Source of the DNA: Zygophlyctis sp. KS116 | Taxonomy: Eukaryota; Fungi; Chytridiomycota | Assembly (NCBI GenBank): GCA_054661495.1 | Contig: BAAFSQ010000036.1 | Location: 1 to 32,000, forward strand | Direction of reading: 5' to 3' | DNA length: 32,000 bases | Part shown: positions 22,947-32,000 of the stretch, in pieces | Layout: each line of letters begins with the position of its first letter | How positions within the stretch are numbered: position 1 is the stretch's first letter | Translations under genes and position numbers: made by a program | Notes under the pieces: model-generated | What the model was told of the DNA's origin: nothing | What the model saw: the letters and a program-made list of their open reading frames with translations, nothing else | Databases searched by the model: none

Positions 22947-24495
22947 TTAGAAAAATCCTTTGATAAGCTCCATGATCCCAACCCGCTTGGATCCAGAGGA
23001 TTCTTGCTCATCAGGATCACCAAGATTATACATTGAATACGTTGATTTGAATTCATTTGGTGCAATCCCTTCTTCTGTTGTGTTGGGGTTGGTAGAGTAG
23101 CTCCTGTTTCGACGATTAGTTTCATTCTCTGAATTTGAAGTGTAAGTAATAGTATTAACCACATTTACAGTCGATTGACTTCTGTTTCTTTTAGGTGTAT
23201 ATTCAGAATTGTTATAATTTAAGGTATTGACGGGAGGAACAAATTGTAAATTAGGTACATGAGCCAAATTAACACTCTTTGTAACATTTTTAGGCCGTCT
23301 ATCTAAAAGAAATGACATGGGACGACGATAATTGGGTTGAGATTGCCCATATTGAGATTTTGTATTTTTGTGTTTTAAGAATCCAAATCCAGGTTTCTTA
23401 TTTATATTTTCATCTGGTGCTCCTAAATCCAAGAGATTTGCTCCACCAACAAAAGAGTTATTTGGATCAATTGAGTTGGGTTCAGTGATTAACTTTGGAG
23501 TTGATTCAAAACTATTATCTAACAATTCATAAAGTTTATCAGAAGCTGCTTTGAGAGTCTGAGATGTAGAAAGACGAATACTTGCATTTGAAGGAATAAT
23601 TACTTTTGACTCTTCAACCTTATATGAATCATCTTCAATGCTTTCATCAGAAGCTAGAGAAAGAATATCAACAGGTTTACTTCCAATAGTTGAGTCAAAT
23701 AATTGACTCCTTAATTCTTCAATCGCATCATATCCGTGATTATCTTCAAGGTTGACATCAATGCCAGAGTCATATTTCCTTGAAAATTTTAAATCCATCT
23801 TCTCTAGCAAAGATGACGCTTGGGGAGCTAGATTTTCTTCTGTGATTTGTCGTATTTCTAATAAATTCATATCTTGAATTGGAACAATATCCATTAAAAG
23901 GTATCCAATATTTGCATTTAAAGATTGTGATTTAATAATATGCTTTATAGCTTCATACTTTTCCATGGCAGTTTTTAATTCAAAGTTGATAAAAAAATTC
24001 TGTAAAACTTGTTTGAGAAATTCTGGCCTCTTTTTCGCAGTGTTATCAATGTAATTGTACCAATTCTTGACTGGAAATCTTTCTCGACATTGTTTTACAC
24101 GCTGTTCCACATATTGAAATACAATATTTTCGAGAGAAGGAATAGATAAGATATTTAAGAGATCTAAGCAGTCCCAAACCGTTAAATTATCGACTCTCGG
24201 AACACGCTTAGAATATAGCCATTCGATGACTGCCGGCAAGTAATATTCTAGCTTTGGTTCAAAAGCCAATTTAAATGTAAGCATCTTCCGTCCATAGTGT
24301 AACTCTGATGTATATGATTCACTTTTAGAAAATAAATCATCAAAATAGAAAGACTGAGAAGCTAAAATAACCTTGTGAATTGGAAAAACTGTATATATTA
24401 GTTATAAATATACTACCTGGATATCCATTACTTGCAGAACTCAGTTTCAAAAAAGCGTCCGAATATTTCAAATTTGAATAATATTCGGTAAACAT
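22947..24495 (-). CDS. BTB/POZ domain protein with disordered C-terminus
   Basis: ATG 24495. A 28-nt intron at 24389-24416 gives YSDAFL...P|VFPIHKVILASQSFYFDDLF, a BTB signature, followed by VIEWLYS. Confidence 0.8.
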
Positions 24496-24528
24496 TTCCT
24501 GATAAAAATAGTCCGAAATTCCGAATTG

Positions 24529-25465
24529 ATGGGTATTTCATTCTCTAGTTTAGCACCTGTTATTGCAACAGATATAGGCATTCAAGGAGCCGCATTCGCT
24601 ATTTCTGCACCGTTAAAGACAGAGAAACTCTATGATATCAGCGGTACAATGACATACGCTGTTTGCATTGCTGTAAGTCTCTTGGCTAGAAAGCCAATTC
24701 CACTGACGTTAAACTTGCGTCAAAAGTTGGTATCTACTTGTGCAATGATTTGGACTACTAGACTTGGTATCTATCTTGGCTATCGAGTAATGTCCCATGG
24801 TAAAGACAGCCGTTTTGATCAAATTAAGCTTGATCCTCTTAGATATTCTGGCTGGTAAGAATTGATGCATTAAAATATTAGGTGGGGGATGCAGGCTCTT
24901 TGGGTATTTTTGACAGCATTACCTTGTTTTGTCATTAATCAACTTCCGCTAGCTAAACATGCGCCTTTTGGATGGATTGGTACTCTGGATTTTCTTAATA
25001 ATTATAGATGGTATTGGGCTTGCATTATGGGTAGTGGGTTTCTCAATGGAGGCTATTGCTGATATGCAAAAGATACGATGGCAGGGACAATTAGGGGAAA
25101 AAAGGCATACTGAGTTTATACATCATGGTCTTTGGAGTCTATCAAGACATCCGAATTACTTTGGTGAAGGTAATGTATTGTTTCTTAATGATAAAGTTTT
25201 ATTATGGATTGGAAATTATCTCATGTGCGCGAGTGCATTCAGAAATTCTGGGTCATTGGGACTTAAAGCTGCTGGGGTACTTCTCATCTCACCATTGTTT
25301 GTAACTGGACTTATCTGTGGGATAAGTGGAATTCCTCCGCTGGAAGCAGCAAGTGATAAAAAGTTTGGACATCTCCCGGAATATCAAGAATACAAGGCAA
25401 AAACTCCAGCCTTCTTTCCAAAGTTTACAAATCTGAATGAAAAAGAATTAAATAAGAATGATTAA
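24529..25465 (+). CDS. DUF1295 / steroid 5-alpha-reductase-like membrane protein
   Basis: TEKLYDISG, GKDSRFD, EAIADMQK, GLWSLSRHPNYFGE and SGIPPLE. Introns 24855-24881, 24980-25007 and 25170-25196. Confidence 0.9.
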
Positions 25466-27583
25466 CGTGAACTGGGTAATTGGGACATTAGTTTCCCGAG
25501 TTGCTGATTAATTTCTTTCATGAGAGTACGGCAATCTTCTCCAGCTGATTGGTAATCGCTTTCTGCCGTTTTTGATGCAATATCTGAGAATAAAATAAGA
25601 ATAAATCTTACATTCCTTTAAATGAAAGTTGTTTGATTCATTTAATCGTAGTTTTTGCTCTACTGCGCATAACTGTATGTATGTCTCGTTTTCATTTAGC
25701 TGCTTTCTTTTCATTTCATACTGATCGGAATAATTTTGAACCAAAAACTTCAACGAGTCTCGTTCATACTGTAGAGTTTCTCTCATTGAAAGATTTTTCT
25801 AAAGTTTATGCGGGGAAATGATTACATTTTTAGATTCCAAAGCCATAGCTTTAAGTGCATCCAGGTCATGAATCTTGAAAAGTTCATCCTGCATTACTTT
25901 CATCCTAGAGCGTAATTGCTCAAGTTCTGCAAATATTTTAGTTTCGAGTTGATTGACTTTTTCTAAATCATGAATCCTATTTTCTTTTTCTAATCATTAG
26001 GCATAAATAAATCCTACCAATTAACACTGCATCAACAGTCATCTCTGAGTTTTTAACTTCTTTTTCTTTAATAGCAAGGTCCCCTTTAAGATCTTCATAG
26101 CCGCTTTCAGAAGGAGCGGCGGTCAAGTTTGATTTAGATAGAACACGGAGTTTGTCTAATAGCTCAATGATTCGCTGTTCCATAGAATTATTAACAGTGA
26201 TCGCATCATTCTTTTTCTTCTCAAAACTTTCAAGAAATGCAGTCATTTCCTGATCCCTTTTCAGCAACTCTTCATATTTCGAATTTCTTTCAGCTATAAT
26301 ATTAAAAACGGTATATACAAGATCCTGATTCCATTTCTGAATCCAACAGACTGATTTGATCCTTGATTTTTTGAGATGCTTCTTCCAGCTCCTTTATCCT
26401 CTTTTCCATCCCTGAAATTTCCACATTATCTTCTTTAACTTTTACCAATAGTCTAGCTTTTTCTTGAGCAGCCGATTCATCCGAATCACCTCCTAAAGCT
26501 GCCTCTAACTCTTTTCTTTTTGATTTAGCTTCATTTAATCTCTCGTGAATTAATACTGCCTTTTGCTTCAAAGGATTATTTCGCACTTGCTTATATATTA
26601 ATAATAATTATTTACAATCTGATATTCTGATATTTTCCTTTTTAAATCTACAATTTCTGATTGCTTGAAAGATATTTCATCTGCATATTTAGCGTAATCC
26701 ACTTTCAATTGATTATATTGTCGGCGCCTTTCAATATCCTGAAATTTACTAAAATGTAATTACCAATTGCTCAATTTGATCATCAGCCTTTTTCCTTTCT
26801 AACTCTATTTGTGCTTCAACATCTTTTAACAGATTTTCTTTACTAAGAATTTAGAAACCCAGACAGAATATTTACTGTTGCCTTTGAATAAAAATGTCAT
26901 CTAAAACATGTGATTCACGTTGATTATTTGATTTCAAGACTTGATACTGAGCTTCAACTCCATCCAAATCATTATTTGTATTAATTTTATCCATGAGCAT
27001 ATTATAATCACCAAGTTGACCTTGTAGTTCCTTTAATTCATCACTTAAATCATCAGCTCTAATTGATCAAAATCTAAAATCTAATACTTATTCTCAAATG
27101 CCGCCACATTTGCATTCTCTTTTGTAACATTCTCAAATTCTGAATTTAATCGATTGATCTCATTAGTAAGTAATGAATTTTTCTGTCTTAGTTCGGCCAT
27201 ATAAAATGATTTATCTTTAATCATCCTTCCACCAGGACCTCCTATTTTCTTTTAAAATAGACTTTATACCTTGAATCTTCATTTTCACGCCTCCCAATCC
27301 CTGTTGTGTGACTGGACGTTGTTGAATATTAATGCCTTGAATTAATAAAAACAAAATTACCTGTCTGAAGCCTGATTCCAGTTCCTGGTCTCATTCCAGT
27401 TCCTGGTGGGATCATACCTTTAATTAATTTTCTAATCAGATACCAGATTGCTTATTAGCAGTTCCAGGTGGCATTTGAGACTGATTCTTTCCCCATGCTA
27501 AAATTATTTACTAGACTATTACAGCTTCCAGCCCTTGACGATGGTCTATTTGCGAGTGAATTTGAAGGAGCTTTTCCATACAT
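25462..27583 (-). CDS. IFT74: intraflagellar transport protein 74
   Basis: After splicing 12 introns of 25-33 nt: NRPSSR...PPGTGMRPGTG...RPVTQQGLGG...GPGGRMIKDKSFYMAELR...LQGQLGDYNMLMDK...LLKRDQEM...ESDY, all characteristic of IFT74. Confidence 0.93.
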
Positions 27584-27699
27584 TTTCCAACTTGAAGGAA
27601 CTTTACACGCGACTGAAAAGCAAACTACGCGCCCGTTTGCCATCAAGCCAATGACTAGAAGCATTCCAGTCACAAGCCGCATTCAAATTTAAAATTTCC

Positions 27700-28697
27700 A
27701 TGTTGAACCTGTTAATACTATGCTTATCCATACTTTCTGTTCAATCATGGTGGTGGCCTTGGCGTAAACACGATCCATTGACTGAAATCCCATTTGTGTA
27801 TTACAATGATACAACTGGCGTTGACTTATCAATTTCGAAAAAACTTGTAAGTGAACTAAATCCATTAGCATTCTCTCTGTTGAAATTGATTGTCACTGGA
27901 ATTAAACTCCCAATCCCTAATCAGAACATTCGTAATTTAGCAACCGTTTACTTTGATGATGTTGTCTGTCATAAATTGCGTATTTTGAAGGATTTAGCGG
28001 CGCCTGGATTTTATTTGGGCGACGGATATGTTGGATATGCTATTAAATTTGATGCAATCTGTAGAACCCGGTACAAGGCTAGTGTGTCGTATGATTACTA
28101 TTACTAAAATTAGAGTTATAAGCCCTGGTTGGGCTAATCTGTCATTGACAGGTGTCGTTGGAAATGCTCGTATTGCATTAAACTATGATAATCATTTGGA
28201 AATAATTACTCCTAAAATTGATGAAATCGAATTAACTTTTAAACAAGTTGAAGTAATACTTAGTATTTAATATTTAGATTTTTGTAGATAATAGTCGAAT
28301 GGCTAATTTTGTTACAAAGTCTTTAAAAACTGTATTTCCAAAAATTGGTATTTATTTTTAAATTTAATTAATAGCTTCTGCTTTGTTTAAGCAATCAATA
28401 AAGAATATAATGGATTCAATGGCAGGTCAATTGAAAACTATGAATTTTGGTTGGAATAAGAGATATCATCCTATATTCTTATATGCGCCATTTATAAATC
28501 CTCAGATAGTAAGGTTGAATGTTGCATTGGTCGAATGGAAGGGAAATTACTTGAGAGATGTGCAAGATCAGCATGCACAAGATGAAGAGGATGACCAGAG
28601 TTTTGAACTAGATAGCAGTGTAGATGGTGATGATGACAGTCAAGAATATTTTGATGCCGTAGATGATATATTCAAAGATTCTAAAGAAATGCTTTGA
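27700..28697 (+). CDS. secreted protein, possible BPI/LBP (TULIP) lipid-binding domain, acidic tail
   Basis: Signal peptide MLNLLILCLSILSVQS. GVDLSISKKLVSELN...IKLP resembles the start of a BPI N-domain. Introns 28089-28113, 28253-28277 and 28348-28374. The gene model is well supported; the family is tentative. Confidence 0.55.
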
Positions 28698-28719
28698 AAT
28701 ACAAAAAGTGTATTTAGAT

Positions 28720-30411
28720 TTAATCAACACTACATCGTAAACAGAGCCATTGAGCACCAGTTTGAATAGTGTCTGGACCAACTTTAACACATTCTCCATG
28801 AAACCATATCTCACAACTATCACAAGCAATCATAAACCTTCCAAAGTCTACAGTAGAATGTTGGCAAATACACTTTATTTGACTCTCGGAACTCGCAAGT
28901 GCAGGAGGGCCATTTTCTGATTTGACATTAGAGACTGAAGCATTTCCTAAAGTCTTGATAGAGGGTTCTGAAATAGGATTAATTGCCTCTACAGGCTTTT
29001 TAGAATCTTGAGAAGGCCTTGAAATAGTTATTTTTAACGGTGAAGAAGTCTCCTTCTTGATCTTGAGTTTGATCTTTGCGGGTGAGCTAACCGGCTTATC
29101 TTTTGGAATATTTAAAGTAAATGGAGCTGCTATAGAAGATTTAGAGTTTTGTGTTTTTATGGAAACACTTTCAGACGTAGATTGAATTTGGGCAGAAGAG
29201 GGAAGAGATTTTTGTGCTACAAGAACTGGAGTAGTAAAAGGAACTTGAGATTGTGAAATTTCCATTTTCACATCCTCTTGATCTTCAGACTTCATATCCG
29301 CCTTTGAGTCTTGAGTCATTTCAGCATAAGTATTAATAATATCTTGATGAAACCGAATTGGATAATCAGAGGTAGACGGTTCCAATTTTGCAGCTTCTAA
29401 AGCCCGCAACTCTTTTCTCAATGCCTTTTTATCATCTTTATACTGAGGCAATGCCCTTTTACAACCATTTAAATCTGGAAGATAATAAGTGTGAATTTCC
29501 TCCAAAAGACCTAGCCCGAAACCTGCAATACTGGCCTCTGGAATAACTGTAGAATAGCGAATTCTATCTAAACAAGCCTTTTGAAGACATTGTAAAGTCA
29601 TTAGAGACATTGAAGGATCTACATGAAAAGTATCAGAATCAGAATCTAAACAAGACCTATAAGCACGACTAAATAACTTTCTAATTTTACTCTGAGCCTT
29701 CCCTCTAGATTTCCCTCCTTCCACTTGTTTAAAAACATGACCAACATATTCTGAAATAGTCCCTTGATAATAAACAGAATCAGAAAATTGACTTGGATAA
29801 AGAAACAACTTCTTTTGCGAAGACTCTTCTTCTATTTCCTCTTCTTTCCTTTCCAAAATCATTGCTTCAGTCTCATCAGGAACTTTTTGAATAGTTTCAG
29901 GAGCATAATCACTTCCTAAAAACCTATCAACATCTATAAATCTAAGACTCAGATAATAACAAGTACCTAGTGGAAACTGACCTGGTTCCATTCTAAAAAA
30001 CCCAGAAATCTCTTTTGGAAGAGCCATTTTTTCTTCTTCAACAACTGATTTCCTTATCCCTAAAATCGCTTCAATAATAGCATTTCCAGACCCAGCGGTC
30101 GCAGCACCTCTTTCCTTGTGCGCCTGAAGTTTATTAGTAGGAATTCTAATGCCCCACTTATCCCAATAGTTTGATAAGCTTTTACTAGATATGGCCATCT
30201 CTTCCAATGCCAATATTGCATCAAAAATACTAATTTCAATAGAATCCCTTAAAAGTGATTTCTCCACCGTCAATTCACCCAAAAGTGAAAGATATCGCTC
30301 AGCAATATCGATCAATACAGAACAAGCGCTGGATGATATTCCGTCAAATCCAGAATCCTTTGCAATCTGTGCAATAATGATCTTTAGTAAAGATTTTGAG
30401 AAATCGCTCAT
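28720..30411 (-). CDS. TAF3: TAF3-like TFIID subunit (BTP histone fold + C-terminal PHD finger)
   Basis: N-terminal MSDFSKSLLKIIIAQIAKDSGFDGISSSACSVLIDIAERYL (bromodomain-associated histone fold). C-terminal CIC...MIACDSCEIWFHGECV...WLCLRC PHD finger. Possible in-frame intron at 29934-29966. Confidence 0.8.
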   Translation of the reverse strand: MSDFSKSLLKIIIAQIAKDSGFDGISSSACSVLIDIAERYLSLLGELTVEKSLLRDSIEISIFDAILALEEMAISSKSLSNYWDKWGIRIPTNKLQAHKERGAATAGSGNAIIEAILGIRKSVVEEEKMALPKEISGFFRMEPGQFPLGTCYYLSLRFIDVDRFLGSDYAPETIQKVPDETEAMILERKEEEIEEESSQKKLFLYPSQFSDSVYYQGTISEYVGHVFKQVEGGKSRGKAQSKIRKLFSRAYRSCLDSDSDTFHVDPSMSLMTLQCLQKACLDRIRYSTVIPEASIAGFGLGLLEEIHTYYLPDLNGCKRALPQYKDDKKALRKELRALEAAKLEPSTSDYPIRFHQDIINTYAEMTQDSKADMKSEDQEDVKMEISQSQVPFTTPVLVAQKSLPSSAQIQSTSESVSIKTQNSKSSIAAPFTLNIPKDKPVSSPAKIKLKIKKETSSPLKITISRPSQDSKKPVEAINPISEPSIKTLGNASVSNVKSENGPPALASSESQIKCICQHSTVDFGRFMIACDSCEIWFHGECVKVGPDTIQTGAQWLCLRCSVD

Positions 30412-30419
30412 ACAAAAAC

Positions 30420-31342
30420 TCAATTTATTCCCAAACCTATCAATAGCGCCAGGCCTCCAAGAGAATATAAAACTAACGGATCCATTTGATTTAGACTTTC
30501 AATCCCTTTAGAAATATAATCTAATCCATAAAATACGCTAGGCGACAGCAATTGCATGCATGATTTACCCAAAACTTTATAAAACGTAATTGATTTTAAA
30601 GATGAGAGTAAATCAAGAAATGAGTTGATCAATTCTTGATTCCAAAATCTTGATTTGAATTCACTATAACATGTCCCAAAAGTATTTTCAAAAGATGTCT
30701 GATTAGACAAGAATATTCCAAGACAGACTACAGAAATTGTAATTACTAGAGTCATGTATTGTGCCAAATTAATCATTTTGAATTCGACATCTTTGGAATT
30801 TACTACTAGTATTTTGGTTTCAGATTTTTGAGAAAAATCATCTGCATCTTTCTTATTTTCTTTTGCTTGAGAGTCCCAAAATTCCTTTAGTTCTGATACA
30901 CGAGTCTAACATTACTGGTTTAAAATACCTTGATTGAAGACCGTATTCCAGGTAAAGAAGGAGAAATAAGAAATCTTTCCAATGTTGGAGGCTTTATAGA
31001 CTGAGTATCAATCGGATGGATTTTAGTGGGTGTAATTTCAATCGTTTGTTTGACTCGTTTTCGGACAGGAGAACTATCTCGTGTAGCAGAGTGTTTAATA
31101 CTTTCAATAGCTGGATCATACTGAAATTGTATTCCATTATCAGAGGCTTCAACAGCGTTCAAGTCGTTCAAAATCCTTGTTGCATTAGCTTTAAGTTCTC
31201 TGTCAAACAAGTCTAAATAAACGTATTTTCTTTGACTAGTCCCGGGGAGCTTTACATTATGGAATGAAAGTATAGACGTTAACTGAGATATTGTCAGTTT
31301 TTTAGAATCAAATCCAGGCTTCAAGTAGTAATATGATTCCAT
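30420..31342 (-). CDS. HeH/LEM-like domain inner-nuclear-membrane protein
   Basis: YLKPGFDSKKLTISQLTSILSFHNVKLP matches the Src1/Heh-type HeH domain. A 23-nt intron at 30906-30928 joins an exon with two hydrophobic segments. Confidence 0.75.
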
Positions 31343-31380
31343 GACTTAATTCCGAATATAAATACCGATTTTGATCATTT

Positions 31381-32000
31381 ATGTCTGAAAAGTCTTTGAA
31401 AATTGGTATTTTTGGTGGGACTAGAGGTGTTGGTTTTTGTGCTTTACAGCAAGCATTGGAATTTGGACATTTTGTCACAGTTTTAGCAAGAAATCCGGAC
31501 ATTTTAAACAACTCTTTCAGTCATAAGAATCTGTTAGTTATTAAAGGAGATGTTTTGGATAAGGATGCAGTAGAGTCTGTTGTTAATGGTCAAGATGTAA
31601 TTATTAATTCACTTGGGAGTAAAGCAGGATTAGATGTTAATGTCTGTTCACAAGGTACAAGAGTTATTTTACAAGCAATCAAGGATTTAAACGTAAAAAG
31701 AATTCTTTCGGTTACTTCATTTGGAGTTGGAGACTCATACAAGGACGCTAGTTGGGCAGTCCGAATCTTTTTGTGGATAATTCGTAAAGCGATTGCAGAT
31801 AAGGAACTTGAAGAAGAAATGATAAAGGGATCAAAATTAGAATGGGTTATTCTTAGACCTACTGGATTAACAGATGGTCCTATTGGAGATTATAAAATCG
31901 GATGTAATATCCCTGCATCAATGTCAGTCACGAGAAATAATGTTGCAGATGCGCTATTAAAGCAAATAACTAGCAACGAATTCTTATACAAGTGTCCAAC
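31381..32000 (+). CDS. NAD(P)-binding flavin reductase/BLVRB-like atypical SDR (3' partial)
   Basis: MSEKSLKIGIFGGTRGVG...VTVLARNP...GDVLD...WVILRPTGLTDG...VTRNNVA. Open to the window end, so absent from the ORF track. Confidence 0.85.
   Translation, partial: MSEKSLKIGIFGGTRGVGFCALQQALEFGHFVTVLARNPDILNNSFSHKNLLVIKGDVLDKDAVESVVNGQDVIINSLGSKAGLDVNVCSQGTRVILQAIKDLNVKRILSVTSFGVGDSYKDASWAVRIFLWIIRKAIADKELEEEMIKGSKLEWVILRPTGLTDGPIGDYKIGCNIPASMSVTRNNVADALLKQITSNEFLYKCP

Noticed and set aside
27374-27470. Direct repeats ATTCCAGTTCCTGGT
   Set aside because: They encode the PGTG repeats of the IFT74 N-terminus; not a CRISPR array or mobile repeat.
27584-27699. Possible RFX X-box upstream of IFT74 (GTTTGCCATCAAGC) and ACGCG words
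   Set aside because: Half-site match only; too weak to call.
3564-31511. Many antisense or alternate-frame track ORFs (e.g. 3590-3862, 4782-5024, 10973-11518, 18163-18740, 27468-27692, 30191-30511, 31308-31511)
   Set aside because: They are shadows of well-supported genes and have no recognisable motifs.
1-32000. Alternative genetic code, frameshifting or pseudogenes as the cause of fragmented ORFs
   Set aside because: The breaks are resolved by GT-AG introns that restore conserved motifs, and TAA/TAG/TGA behave as ordinary stops.
31381-32000. Horizontal transfer of the intronless NAD(P)H reductase
   Set aside because: The family is widespread in eukaryotes and its composition matches neighbours; no phylogeny is available.

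Overview
AT-rich, extremely gene-dense eukaryotic nuclear DNA, most likely from a flagellated (zoosporic, chytrid-like) fungus: chitin synthase and IFT74 occur together, and the standard genetic code fits. The fragmented ORF track is explained by more than 50 GT-AG introns that I spliced by hand; nearly all are 23-33 nt. Splicing gives about 22 protein genes, most separated by only 0-50 nt: ATRIP/Rad26-like, IAH1-like GDSL esterase, RCC1-repeat, Sel1-repeat, dUTPase, a small ORF, AIM24, a peroxisomal ABCD transporter, a LUFS-WD40 (LEUNIG-like) regulator, an FMO, a TM+CaaX protein, chitin synthase, a POMGNT2-like GT61-FN3 enzyme, a coiled-coil protein, RGS, a histidine phosphatase, BTB, DUF1295, IFT74, a BPI-like secreted protein, TAF3-PHD, a HeH/LEM protein and a partial NAD(P)H reductase. 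The points most worth checking are: (1) the tiny-intron, near-zero-intergenic architecture; (2) an animal-type POMGNT2 abutting chitin synthase; (3) a plant-LEUNIG-type co-repressor architecture; (4) an unassigned GC-rich structured element with a uORF and splice donor upstream of the histidine phosphatase; (5) an enlarged ATRIP intron carrying an E2F/SBF-type motif. All family calls come from recalled motifs, not database searches.
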